A stretch of DNA of 64,000 bases from Hydrurus foetidus (lineage: Eukaryota). The stretch spans positions 248,001 to 312,000 of the forward strand of contig UYFQ01000005.1 of NCBI GenBank assembly GCA_900617105.1, written 5' to 3'. The notes under the pieces were generated by a model, which saw only the letters and a program-made list of their open reading frames with translations, searched no databases and was not told where the DNA came from. Positions 50,647-60,288 of this stretch are shown here, piece after piece. Position 1 is the stretch's first letter, and the number at the start of each line of letters is the position of its first letter. The position numbers and the translations under genes are program-made.

Positions 50647-50772
50647 GGGAATCGTGTCTCGGTGTGACGTAAACCGTGCGACAAGTCGCGTGTAAACCCT
50701 GAATTTTACGGGTGCATCGACCTGTTAGCCTTCCGTTAGCGATAACACGACAACGACCCAGCGAGACAGCCT

Positions 50773-51648
50773 GTGAGTACCTCCCAATTGATTTTGAGCT
50801 TCGTGCTCGCCGCCATGGTGTTTTCTGTGGCGCTGGAACTGAAAATCGACGACTTCAAGCGCGTCGCCCACAACCCCAAAGCCGTCATCTGCGGGTTGAT
50901 TCCCCAATTCATCTTGCTGCCCGTGGGCACTTGGCTGGCCACCTTGGTGCTGGATTTGCCACCCAATGTCGAGGTGGCGATGATTCTGGTCGCAGCCTGC
51001 CCTGGCGGGTCGCTCAGCAACGTGATCACGCACTTCGGGCATGGCAACACGGCGCTGTCGGTCAGTGTGTCGGCGGTGGCCTCGCTGATAGCGCTGGTCG
51101 CCACGCCGTTCAACTTCGCCTGGATGGTGGCCAACAACCCTGCTACGGCGGGCTGGCTCAAAACGCTGTCGATTGACCCGTCCGGCATTTGGCTCAGCCT
51201 GCTGCTGCTGCTGGCCGTGCCGATGAGCTTGGGCTTGGCGGTCGCGCACAAGCTGCCTGCGTTGACGGCACGCATCCAAAAACCAATGGCCAACTTTGCC
51301 TTGGTGGCGCTCTTGGCCTTCATCGTGCTGGGCCTGCTCAAAGAACGCCAACTGCTGACCTTTGGCCTGCTGCCCACGCTGCTGATCGTGGTGCTGCACA
51401 ACGCCTTTGGCCTGTTTTGCGGCTGGGCTACCAGCATCGTCATGGGCGTGACGGAACGTGACCGGCGGGCCGTGATGATTGAAGGGGGGATGCAAAACGC
51501 TGGCCTCGCTTTAGGCATCATCGGACTGCAATTCAACAGTGATTTGGGCATGGTGGTGATCGCCAGCCTGTGGGGAATGTGGCACATCGTCAGCGGCCTG
51601 ACACTGGCTTTTTTATGGAGACGCAAAGATGCTCGACTTGCTGTTTAA
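50773..51648 (+). CDS. Bile acid:sodium symporter (BASS) family transporter
   Basis: AACPGGSLSN, GNTALSVS, EGGMQNAGLA. Confidence 0.85.
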   Translation: MSTSQLILSFVLAAMVFSVALELKIDDFKRVAHNPKAVICGLIPQFILLPVGTWLATLVLDLPPNVEVAMILVAACPGGSLSNVITHFGHGNTALSVSVSAVASLIALVATPFNFAWMVANNPATAGWLKTLSIDPSGIWLSLLLLLAVPMSLGLAVAHKLPALTARIQKPMANFALVALLAFIVLGLLKERQLLTFGLLPTLLIVVLHNAFGLFCGWATSIVMGVTERDRRAVMIEGGMQNAGLALGIIGLQFNSDLGMVVIASLWGMWHIVSGLTLAFLWRRKDARLAV

Positions 51649-53410
51649 GAACGCCACCGTCATCGACGGCACCGGCACAGCCCCCTTCACCGCCGATGTG
51701 GGCGTGCAGGACGGGAAGATTGTGGAAATCACCCCCGGCGGCGGCGCTGCCAGCACCGCCCTGGAAACGATAGACGCAACGGGTCAATGGCTAACACCCG
51801 GCTTCATCGACATCCACACCCACTACGACGGCCAAGCCACCTGGGACGACTGCTTCACCCCCAGCATTTACCACGGTGTCACCACCTTGGTGATGGGCAA
51901 CTGCGGCGTGGGCTTTGCGCCCGTGCGCCCTGGCCACCAAGGCGACCTCATCAAATTGATGGAAGGCGTAGAAGACATCCCCGGTGCCGCTCTGGCCGAG
52001 GGCATACGCTGGAACTGGGAAAGCTTCACCGACTACATGGATGCGCTGGAAGCCACGCCGCGCAGCTTGGACTACCTGGTGCAAGTGCCGCACGATCCGC
52101 TGCGCATGTACGTGATGGGCGAACGCGCTTTCGGCCACCACACGGCCACGGGTGACGAGATCGCCACCATGCGCGATTTGCTGCGTGCCGCTCTGCAAGC
52201 CGGTGCCGTGGGTTTCAGTACCGGGCGCAGCGACAACCACCGCACGTCTGAGGGCCGCGAAACCCCGGCCTGCGAGGCCAGTGCGCAAGAACTGACCGGC
52301 ATCGCGCAGGCCTTTGACGGACTGAGCCACGGCGTGGTGCAAGTCGTCAGCGATTTCGATCTGATGCGCGGCCCCGCTGAGTTTGACCGTGAATTCGCGC
52401 TGGTCGAGCAGCTCGCACAGGCCAGTGGTCGCCCCTTGTCGATGACGTGGCTGCAACGTGACCCCGGTGGCGAGCAATTTCGCGCCATCCAAAGCCGGGT
52501 GAAGACCGCCGTCGCCCAGGGGCTGCCGCTGTACCTGCAAACCGCCGCACGCGGCATCGGGGTCATCAACGGTCTGGATGCGAGTTTTCACCCCTTCATG
52601 GGCTTCCCTGGCTACAAAGAGGTGGCCCATCTGCCCCTGCCCGAACGCGCCGCAGCCCTGCGCGATCGGGCCCGCAAAGCCCGTATCTTGGCGGAAAAAT
52701 CAGACAAACTCGCAGGTGACGGCACCGCCATCCCACCGCTGGTGGACATCTTGCTGGCCCGTATCGAGCAGATCAGTGGCCGCATGTTCCCCTTAAGCGC
52801 CATCCACTCACCCGACTACGAACCGACGGTGATGCAGAGCTTTTTCGTCCTCGCCAAGCAGCGAGGCGCTACAGCTTTGGAAGCACTCTACGACCATCTG
52901 GCAACCGGTGAAGGCGGAAATCTTATCTATTTTCCGATCTTCAACTACAACGATGGCTCGCTGGACACCCTGCGTGAAATGCTGACCCACCCGCGTGCCT
53001 TGGCCGGTTTGAGTGATGCAGGCGCCCATGTGGGCACGGTGTGCGATGCCAGCTTCACCACCTTCATGCTCACCCACTGGGTACGCGACCGCGTTAAAAA
53101 CCCGCTCGACTTGGCCCAAGTGGTGAACATGTTGACCCGCCGCAATGCCGATTACCTGGGCCTGAAAGACCGGGGCGTGGTGGGCATAGGAATGCGAGCC
53201 GATTTGAACCTGATGAACCCCGAGCGGCTGGCCGTGGGCGTGCCGGCGCTGGTCAACGATTTGCCAGCGGGGGGCAAGCGGTTTTTGCAAAAGGGCGAGG
53301 GGTATGTGGGGACGTGGGTCGCGGGGCAGGCGGTGCAGCGCGAGGGTGCGATCACGGCAGCACGGCCTGGGCGGCTGGTGCGGCTGGTGCGGATGGGAAT
53401 GATCACCTGA
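51629..53410 (+). CDS. N-acyl-D-amino-acid deacylase family amidohydrolase
   Basis: [33 protein letters not shown]. Confidence 0.87.
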   Translation: MLDLLFKNATVIDGTGTAPFTADVGVQDGKIVEITPGGGAASTALETIDATGQWLTPGFIDIHTHYDGQATWDDCFTPSIYHGVTTLVMGNCGVGFAPVRPGHQGDLIKLMEGVEDIPGAALAEGIRWNWESFTDYMDALEATPRSLDYLVQVPHDPLRMYVMGERAFGHHTATGDEIATMRDLLRAALQAGAVGFSTGRSDNHRTSEGRETPACEASAQELTGIAQAFDGLSHGVVQVVSDFDLMRGPAEFDREFALVEQLAQASGRPLSMTWLQRDPGGEQFRAIQSRVKTAVAQGLPLYLQTAARGIGVINGLDASFHPFMGFPGYKEVAHLPLPERAAALRDRARKARILAEKSDKLAGDGTAIPPLVDILLARIEQISGRMFPLSAIHSPDYEPTVMQSFFVLAKQRGATALEALYDHLATGEGGNLIYFPIFNYNDGSLDTLREMLTHPRALAGLSDAGAHVGTVCDASFTTFMLTHWVRDRVKNPLDLAQVVNMLTRRNADYLGLKDRGVVGIGMRADLNLMNPERLAVGVPALVNDLPAGGKRFLQKGEGYVGTWVAGQAVQREGAITAARPGRLVRLVRMGMIT

Positions 53411-53412
53411 AC

Positions 53413-53465
53413 GCTATTTATTTGATAGCTTAAGGTGCTTACTTTGCCAGCACTTGCAGAGTACG
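53413..53465 (+). repeat. Intergenic copy of dispersed element
   Basis: GCTATTTATTTGATAGC-TTAAGG-TGC-TTACTTTGCC-AGCACT. Confidence 0.75.
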
Positions 53466-53474
53466 TCGTCACAT

Positions 53475-53720
53475 TTATGGCTCATCCCCCTCACGCGGAG
53501 CTTCTCCACTCGTGCGGGCCATCAGTCGATCAAAGGCATCCAAATCCGCACGCGCTACACGGGTGCGGAAATAGTCCTCGGTATCTATAGCTGCCAATTT
53601 TTCAGCAGCAGCCATCGTCACGAACTGGTTGATACTGGTTCCGTCACGCTTACTGACACGTTCAATGTTCGCCCTCAGCGAGCGGGGAAGACGCAGGGGA
53701 TAGGTGGCGACATCACTCAT
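53475..53720 (-). CDS. RHH antitoxin-like protein (HicB-like, normally PIN-associated)
   Basis: YPLRLPRSLR...DGTSINQFVTMAAAEKL...YFRTRVARAD. Confidence 0.75.
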   Translation of the reverse strand: MSDVATYPLRLPRSLRANIERVSKRDGTSINQFVTMAAAEKLAAIDTEDYFRTRVARADLDAFDRLMARTSGEAPREGDEP

Positions 53721-53803
53721 GAAAGACTCCTTAAAAACTCACCAGGGGACAGTACGGGTAAACCAAAAAGACGGGCTGCGGTTTGGAAATGCCGCAGATT
53801 GAA
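53717..53803 (-). pseudogene. C-terminal remnant of a PIN-domain toxin
   Basis: Reads FNLRHFQTAARLFGLPVLSPGEFLRSLS*, with an ATGA overlap to the antitoxin; in-frame TAG upstream and no ATG/GTG/TTG start. Confidence 0.65.
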
Positions 53804-53835
53804 CCTGCGCAGCAGGTGTTTGCTGCGGGGTGATT

Positions 53836-53888
53836 GCTATGCAATAAATAGCGGCTTACGCTTATACAGAAAGCGCAATAGCCCATTT
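53836..53888 (+). repeat. Intergenic copy of dispersed element
   Basis: GCTATGCAATAAATAGC-GGCTTA-CGC-TTATACAGAA-AGCGCA-ATA-GCC-CATTT. Confidence 0.78.
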
Positions 53889-54180
53889 ATGCCTGCAAAC
53901 GCCCCTGCTGTACAGCCTCGCGAAGCAAGGCATTGACCTTGGTTTGCCAGCCTTTGCCACTGGCACGCAAAGCAATCAGCACATCGGGGTCAATACGCAT
54001 GTTCAAGGTGGGCCGCTTATGAGCGACAGGTGGTCTGCCACGCAGAGGGTGCATGGTGCGCAACTCGGCAAGCCCCACCTCGCGAGCGTTGGCATCCGCC
54101 GCAATGCCGACACGGATGGCGGCATCTTCCACATCGCTGGGCAAAGCGAACACTCGGCCAGACTTAGATTTGACTTGCAT
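53887..54180 (-). CDS. brnA: BrnA antitoxin
   Basis: RGRPP, LNMRIDPDVL...ASGKGWQTKVNALLR. Confidence 0.85.
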   Translation of the reverse strand: MQVKSKSGRVFALPSDVEDAAIRVGIAADANAREVGLAELRTMHPLRGRPPVAHKRPTLNMRIDPDVLIALRASGKGWQTKVNALLREAVQQGRLQA

Positions 54181-54439
54181 AGTCTTTCACCTCAGGTTTA
54201 GTAGCTTTACGCAGGCTGATGATGCGCAAAATGTCGTCTTCCACCTCAACGAACACCAAGCAATACACCACTGGCCCTATAGGCGCAAAACCAATCAGGC
54301 GCAGCTCGTAGTAATCATGCCGGGATTCGTCCTCATGGCACACCAGCCAATCCCATTCCAGCAGTTCCGCCAACGCCAAAGAAACACCGTGCTTGTCTTG
54401 GTTGATAAGGTCTTTGGCGGGATCGAATTGGATTTGCAC
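54164..54439 (-). CDS. brnT: BrnT toxin (ribonuclease)
   Basis: FDPAKDLINQDKHGVSL, RHDYYELR, RIISLRKA. Confidence 0.87.
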   Translation of the reverse strand: MQIQFDPAKDLINQDKHGVSLALAELLEWDWLVCHEDESRHDYYELRLIGFAPIGPVVYCLVFVEVEDDILRIISLRKATKPEVKDYASQI

Positions 54440-54478
54440 AGATTAATTGTATGGGCTTTTAATCAAATTGTCCCACCG

Positions 54479-54810
54479 TCACGCCCCAAACAACCCGTCC
54501 TCCGTATTCGGCGGCGTCACGCCCAGGTGCCTGAACGCGGCCAGCGTGGCAATCCGCCCCCGTGGGGTGCGCTGCAAATAGCCCTGCTGGATCAAATACG
54601 GTTCGATCACGTCTTCAATCGTGTCGCGCTCTTCGCCAATGCTGGCGGCGATGTTGTCCAGGCCGACGGGGCCGCCGTCGAAGCGGTGGATCACAGCTTC
54701 TAAAAGTTTTCTGTCCATGATGTCCAGGCCTTGCGGGTCAACGTCAAGCATGGTGAGGGCGCGGTTGGCGATGTCGATGTCGATCACGCCTTTGCCCTTC
54801 ACGTCCGCAT

Positions 54811-54847
<37 letters not shown>

Positions 54848-55537
54848 GGGGGTGCCGCGCGAACGGCGGGCGATCTCGAAGCCGCCAGCGTCGTCCATCT
54901 CGACTTTGAGCAAACCGGCGCTGCGCTTGACGATGCGGGCCAGCTCTTCGGCGGTGTAGAACTCCAGCCGCGAGACGATGCCAAAGCGGTCGCGCAGCGG
55001 GTTGGTCAGCATCCCGGCGCGGGTGGTGGCGCCCACCAGGGTGAAGGGCTGCAAATCGAGCTTGATGCTGCGGGCAGCCGGGCCTTCGCCGATCATGATG
55101 TCGATCTGGTAATCCTCCATCGCGGGGTAGAGGATTTCTTCCACCACGGGGCTTAAGCGGTGGATTTCGTCGATGAAGAGCACATCGTTTTTCTCTAAAT
55201 TGGTCAGCAGCGCGGCGAGGTCTTTGGGCTTTTCGAGAACGGGGCCGCTGGTTTGGCGCAGGTTCACGCCCAGCTCTTGCGCAATGATGTGCGACAGCGT
55301 GGTTTTGCCCAGCCCCGGTGGGCCGAACAGCAGCACATGGTCGAGCGCTTCGCCTCGCTTGACGGCGGCACCGATGAAGATTTCCAGCTGCTCGCGCACC
55401 TTGGCTTGGCCCACGTACTCTTGGAGCAGCTTGGGGCGCAACGCACGCTCAATGGCCTCTTCCCGCGGGGAAGCGGGTACGGCGGACAGCATGCGTTGCT
55501 GGGGAGCAGGGGCGAAATCGTCAGTTTGGATGGACAC
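54479..55537 (-). CDS. ruvB: Holliday junction DNA helicase RuvB
   Basis: [45 protein letters not shown]. Confidence 0.96.
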
Positions 55538-55673
55538 GGCAGCAGCTACTTTGGACAGAGGAAATCACTATAACCCCCCGCTGGAAAAGCCCATTGCACT
55601 CAACGCCTCAAGTCAGAGGTCGTTGCTGTCGATACTTGGTAAATAGCCGCTCGATAGCACAGGACACGCCACC

Positions 55674-56837
55674 ATGACTTCTCAACACCTCACATTACCT
55701 CTAAGCCCGCAAACATGGCGCTGGCTGCTGACCAGTTTGGTGCTGATAACCAGTGGCGTGCTCAGTGCCCACGCGAACGACGATCCACCCAAACCCAAGG
55801 TGATTGCCCAAAACGCTTTGCGGGACAAAGCCGAGGCCGATAAAAAAGCCGCCGAGGTTCCCATGAAGGTGACTAGCGAGCAACTCAAAGAAACCATAGA
55901 AGCCAGCAAAGGCAAGACCAAAAACGTGCAATTCATGATGGGTAATAGCGGCAAAAAATCGGCTGAAGGGGCGTATGGCGAAGCACCCGCCCCCGCGATG
56001 GCACGCCACAAGCCGATAGCAGCCGCCCACAGCGCCCCGCCCATGATTACCGAGTTGGAAGAATCCCCCAACAGCCGCCAGTACATTCGCGCCCGCGCAG
56101 CGGCAATGGCAGGTCACGGCGCTAACGCTGAAGCCGCAGGGCACGGTGGCGGTGACGTGCATTGGGCTTATGAAGGCGAAGGCGGCCCGCAGGCTTGGGG
56201 CAAGCTCAAACCCGAGTTCAACACCTGCGCCACTGGCAAACGCCAGTCACCCATCAACATCGAAGACGGCGCCACCCTGCAAGGCCCGGCTGAGCCCTTG
56301 ATGATCAACTACCGCCCCAGCAACGGCACGGTGGTCAACAACGGCCATACGATTCAGGTAGATGTGGAGCGCGGCAACACCATGACGGTGCGCGGCTCCA
56401 CTTACGAACTGCTGCAATTCCACTTCCACCAACCCGCCGAAGAGCGCGTGAACTACCGGGGCTTTGCGATGGTGGCCCACCTCGTCCACAAAAACGCCGA
56501 GGGCCAACTGGCCGTGATCGGCGTGCTGATCGACCCCGGCGCCGCCAGCAGCCTCATCAACAAGGTGTGGACGTACATGCCCCTGGAAGCCGGTGACAAG
56601 GTGCGGATGCCGCTGGGCATGGTCGATTTGAACGAGCTGCTGCCCAAAGACATGCGCTACTACCAGTTCATGGGTTCACTGACCACGCCACCCTGCTCAG
56701 AGGGCGTGCTGTGGCAGGTGCTGAAACAGCCCGTGACCGCCAGCCGCGAACAAATCCGCCTGTTCTCGCAGATGTTCCCGAACAACGCCCGGCCTACGCA
56801 ACCTGCGAACGGGCGGGTGATTCGGGAAGCGCAGTGA
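55674..56837 (+). CDS. Secreted alpha-class carbonic anhydrase with a long N-terminal extension
   Basis: Signal peptide; HWAYEG, QSPINI, NNGHTIQV, QFHFH, HLVH, GSLTTPPCSEGV, NARPTQP. Confidence 0.88.
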   Translation: MTSQHLTLPLSPQTWRWLLTSLVLITSGVLSAHANDDPPKPKVIAQNALRDKAEADKKAAEVPMKVTSEQLKETIEASKGKTKNVQFMMGNSGKKSAEGAYGEAPAPAMARHKPIAAAHSAPPMITELEESPNSRQYIRARAAAMAGHGANAEAAGHGGGDVHWAYEGEGGPQAWGKLKPEFNTCATGKRQSPINIEDGATLQGPAEPLMINYRPSNGTVVNNGHTIQVDVERGNTMTVRGSTYELLQFHFHQPAEERVNYRGFAMVAHLVHKNAEGQLAVIGVLIDPGAASSLINKVWTYMPLEAGDKVRMPLGMVDLNELLPKDMRYYQFMGSLTTPPCSEGVLWQVLKQPVTASREQIRLFSQMFPNNARPTQPANGRVIREAQ

Positions 56838-56838
56838 A

Positions 56839-56932
56839 ACTTGTCGGGTTACGCTTGACGCTAACCCGACCTACAAGGGAAATCGCAGCGCCCGGTGGTC
56901 GGGTTAGCCCTCCAGGGCGTAACCCGACAAGT
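56839..56932. repeat. REP doublet (REPIN/BIME-like) between the convergent carbonic anhydrase and ruvA genes
   Basis: Two inverted GTAG-type palindromes (GTAGGTCGGGTTAGCGTCAAGCGTAACCCGACAA on the minus strand; GTGGTCGGGTTAGCCCTCCAGGGCGTAACCCGACAA on the plus strand); perfect 16-bp outer IR ACTTGTCGGGTTACGC. Confidence 0.8.
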
Positions 56933-56942
56933 ACCATGTCAG

Positions 56943-57521
56943 TCATCCCCTGGACAACGCCTTCAGCGCCAGCTTGATCCCCTCGCTCACCCCCACATCC
57001 TTGGGCAGGCTTTTGAGCGCGGCCAGCGCCTCGCGGTCGCTGTAGCCCAACGCCATCAAGGCTTGCTGGATGTCGGATTGCGCGTCGTTGGCAGCGGTGG
57101 CGTGGGGCAAGCCTAAATCCACACCCAACTTGCCTTTCAGCTCCAGCAAAAGCCGCTCAGCCGTCTTCTTGCCAATCCCTGGCACCTTCACCAAGCGCCC
57201 GGATTCTTGCTGGGTGACGGCTTGTGACAGCTCGGCCACGCTCATGCCCGACAACAGGGAAAGCGCCATGCGTGGCCCGACACCGGTGATTTTGATGAGC
57301 TGGCGGAACGCGCCGCGCTCAGCCGCCGTGCCAAAGCCGTACAGTAACTGCGCGTCTTCACGCACCACAAAGTGCGTCAGCAGCGCCACGGACTCACCCA
57401 GGGCAGGCAGGTTGTAGAACGTGCTCATAGGCACATCCACCTCGTAGCCCACGCCGTGGCAGTCCAGCAGGATTTGAGGGGGATTTTTTTCGAGCAGGGT
57501 GCCGGTCAGTTTGCCAATCAC
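56943..57521 (-). CDS. ruvA: Holliday junction branch migration protein RuvA
   Basis: GTG start, [47 protein letters not shown]. Confidence 0.94.
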   Translation of the reverse strand: MIGKLTGTLLEKNPPQILLDCHGVGYEVDVPMSTFYNLPALGESVALLTHFVVREDAQLLYGFGTAAERGAFRQLIKITGVGPRMALSLLSGMSVAELSQAVTQQESGRLVKVPGIGKKTAERLLLELKGKLGVDLGLPHATAANDAQSDIQQALMALGYSDREALAALKSLPKDVGVSEGIKLALKALSRG

Positions 57522-57596
57522 GGGAAGTATCCAAAGTGAGAAAAGCTGATTATCAGGCGCACCCAGCGACAATAGCCCCCTAACTTTGGCCACAAC

Positions 57597-58532
57597 ATGC
57601 TCGTTCGACACACCTTCACCCCGCTGAACAACACCCGACTGACCCACCTGTGCGGCCCTGTGGACGAACATTTGCGCCGCATCGAAGAAGCGTTGAGCGT
57701 CACCATCGCCCACCGCCACGAACAGTTCAAGGTGGACGGCCCCAAGGCCAAAGCCAACCGGGCGATGGAGGTGCTGCAAGCGCTGTACGAGATGGCGGGC
57801 CACCCGATCGAGCCGGCCAAGGTGCAGCTGGTGCTGGCCACCGACCCGTCCTACGCGGCGGATGGCAGTGTCACCCTGCAAACCCGGCGTGCTGATTTGG
57901 CGGGCCGCACGCCGAACCAGACCACCTATTTAGACAACATCGCCTCGCACGACATCACAATGGCCATCGGCCCCGCAGGCACGGGCAAAACCTATTTGGC
58001 GGTGGCCAGCGCTGTGGACGCACTGGAGCGCAGCGCCGTGCAGCGCATCGTGCTGACCCGCCCCGCCGTGGAAGCCGGTGAGCGCCTGGGCTTTTTGCCC
58101 GGTGATTTGAGCCAAAAAGTAGACCCCTACCTGCGCCCCTTGTACGACGCACTGTACGAGTTGATGGGCTACGACAAGGTACAAAAAGCCTTCGAGCGCA
58201 GCCAAATCGAAATCGCCCCACTGGCCTTCATGCGTGGCCGCACGTTGAACCACGCTTTTGTGATTCTGGACGAAGCACAAAACACCACGCCCGAGCAAAT
58301 GAAGATGTTCCTGACGCGCTTGGGCTTTGGCGCGAAAGCCGTCATCACCGGCGATGTGAGCCAGATTGACCTGCCCAAGGGCGATTTGAGCGGCTTGGTG
58401 GACGCAGAACGGGTGCTCAAGCGCGTGCAAGGCATCGCGGTCAGCCGCTTCACCAGCGCCGACGTGGTGCGCCACCCGCTGGTCGCACGGATTGTGGATG
58501 CGTATGACGGGGCGCGGCAGAAGTCAGACTGA
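57597..58532 (+). CDS. phoH: PhoH-family ATPase (YbeZ)
   Basis: [41 protein letters not shown]. Confidence 0.92.
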   Translation: MLVRHTFTPLNNTRLTHLCGPVDEHLRRIEEALSVTIAHRHEQFKVDGPKAKANRAMEVLQALYEMAGHPIEPAKVQLVLATDPSYAADGSVTLQTRRADLAGRTPNQTTYLDNIASHDITMAIGPAGTGKTYLAVASAVDALERSAVQRIVLTRPAVEAGERLGFLPGDLSQKVDPYLRPLYDALYELMGYDKVQKAFERSQIEIAPLAFMRGRTLNHAFVILDEAQNTTPEQMKMFLTRLGFGAKAVITGDVSQIDLPKGDLSGLVDAERVLKRVQGIAVSRFTSADVVRHPLVARIVDAYDGARQKSD

Positions 58533-58553
58533 AACCTGCACGGCATAAATGAA

Positions 58554-58606
58554 ACTTCAATTTTGATAGCTGTTACCGCATATATTTAAAGCGTTAAAGC
58601 CTTATT
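58554..58606 (+). repeat. Intergenic copy of dispersed element between phoH and ybeY
   Basis: ACTTCAATTTTGATAGC-TGTTAC-CGC-ATATATTTAA-AGCGTT-AAA-GCC-TTATT. Confidence 0.7.
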
Positions 58607-58617
58607 CTTTACTCAAA

Positions 58618-59076
58618 ATGACCTTAAAAGCACTCACCCTGTCCCTCCAATTTGGCACCCTCGCTGATGCCGCCCCCCACCGCGCCGCCCTGCCCCGCCA
58701 CAAGGTGATCAAGTGGATTCGCCACAGCCTGGAAAGCGATGCCGAGATCACAGTGCGTATCGTGGATACCGAAGAAGCCCAAGCCCTCAACCGCGATTTC
58801 CGCCAAAAAGACTACGCCACCAATGTACTGACGTTCGACTACGCGCAAGAGCCATTGGTGATGGCCGATTTGGTACTGTGCGCCCCTGTGGTGGCGCAAG
58901 AAGCCGTAGAACAAGGCAAAACGCTGGAAGCCCATTACGCGCATTTACTGGTGCATGGGGCGCTGCACGCACAGGGATATGACCACGAGACGGGGAAAGA
59001 GGATGCGCGGGAGATGGAGGCGTTAGAGGTGGAGATATTGGCGGGGATGGGGGTTGCGAACCCCTACCTCAGTTAA
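58618..59076 (+). CDS. ybeY: rRNA maturation endoribonuclease YbeY
   Basis: LNRDFRQKDYATNVLTF, HGALHAQGYDH. Confidence 0.93.
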   Translation: MTLKALTLSLQFGTLADAAPHRAALPRHKVIKWIRHSLESDAEITVRIVDTEEAQALNRDFRQKDYATNVLTFDYAQEPLVMADLVLCAPVVAQEAVEQGKTLEAHYAHLLVHGALHAQGYDHETGKEDAREMEALEVEILAGMGVANPYLS

Positions 59077-59120
59077 TCAAAAAATAATTATAAAAATTAA
59101 ATTAATCAACATCAACTCAC

Positions 59121-60158
59121 ATGAAATCAGAAAACAACCTGAATTTACTTCGACTGATAGCAGCATCACTTGTACTGGTAGGGCATTCATATATCTTCCT
59201 AGGACTACCTGAACCCATATTTCTCTCTGGATTCACACTGGGACCTCTTGGGGTTTACATATTTTTTTCAGTTAGCGGATATTTAATAAGTGAAAGCTGG
59301 GATCGAGACCCCAATGCAAAGAGATTTCTTATAAAACGCGCCCTTAGAATATTTCCAGCATTAATTGCTTGCGTCTTAATATCCATCCTTCTACTAGGAC
59401 CATGGCTGACAACATTACCGCTTCAGAGTTACTTCAATCACCCAGCCACAAGAGGGTATTTAACAAATATTTTCTTATATATAACATACTATCTGCCCGG
59501 TGTTTTTGAAAACCTTCGTGTCCCCAACGCTGTAAATGGATCACTGTGGAGTCTACCTATTGAATTCTTCTTATATGTAGCAATAATAATACTAGGCACA
59601 ATAAAAAGTAACAAATGGATATTTTTTTTACTGGCCATCAGTTCTGTATTAATTTTAAATTACTGGGCCTTTCATGCTGAGATGATAATTTTCTACCGCT
59701 CAGACATAAGACAATTATTTTTTTGTGGAACTTATTTTTGGGTAGGCGCAGTACTTTATAAATTTAATTGCAAAAAATATTTTTCTAATTTTACTTTTTT
59801 AATCACAATAACAACACTGCTTACAATTCAATTTATTCCTTCTGCAGTCGCAAAAACTGCATGGATTTTAATACCCATAGCTGCCTTATCTTTTGGATTA
59901 TCGCCAGCCTCTTGGTTGAGCAAGCTAATTTCGAAAAATGATTACTCCTACGGGGTTTATATTTATGCATTTCCCATTCAACAATCAATAATTTATTTAT
60001 TTCCAAAAATAAATATTTTTCCGTACATCATATTTTGCGCCATCACAACACTTGCCTTCTCCATTGCTTCTTGGCATTTGATTGAAAAACAGGCCTTAAA
60101 TTTTAAACCTAAGAAATTCCCTCTTCACACTGCAACGCCAACAACAGCATTAAATTAA
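59121..60158 (+). CDS. Acyltransferase-3 (OafA-like) membrane O-acetyltransferase, low GC
   Basis: LRLIAASLVLVGH, VYIFFSVSGYLI, RALRIFP, NGSLWSLPIE, SYGVYIYAFP, SWHLIEK. Confidence 0.85.
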   Translation: MKSENNLNLLRLIAASLVLVGHSYIFLGLPEPIFLSGFTLGPLGVYIFFSVSGYLISESWDRDPNAKRFLIKRALRIFPALIACVLISILLLGPWLTTLPLQSYFNHPATRGYLTNIFLYITYYLPGVFENLRVPNAVNGSLWSLPIEFFLYVAIIILGTIKSNKWIFFLLAISSVLILNYWAFHAEMIIFYRSDIRQLFFCGTYFWVGAVLYKFNCKKYFSNFTFLITITTLLTIQFIPSAVAKTAWILIPIAALSFGLSPASWLSKLISKNDYSYGVYIYAFPIQQSIIYLFPKINIFPYIIFCAITTLAFSIASWHLIEKQALNFKPKKFPLHTATPTTALN

Positions 60159-60288
60159 AAATGGGACATACATTAAAATCAAAAAAATATCATTCACCAT
60201 CAATTGAATGGCTTATCACTGGCAGTTGGTCATAATCATCAAAAAAAAAACAAACCAAATCGCTTTTTAATTCAAAGGCTTTAAATTA

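Noticed and set aside
50647..50772. Glycine riboswitch or T-box upstream of glyQ
   Set aside because: The region is short and divergent and lacks the conserved motifs; no tRNA, rRNA or ncRNA gene was recognised anywhere in the window.
56839..56932. Possible CRISPR or integron attC site
   Set aside because: Only two inverted units, with no spacer array, cas gene or integrase; it fits a REP doublet.
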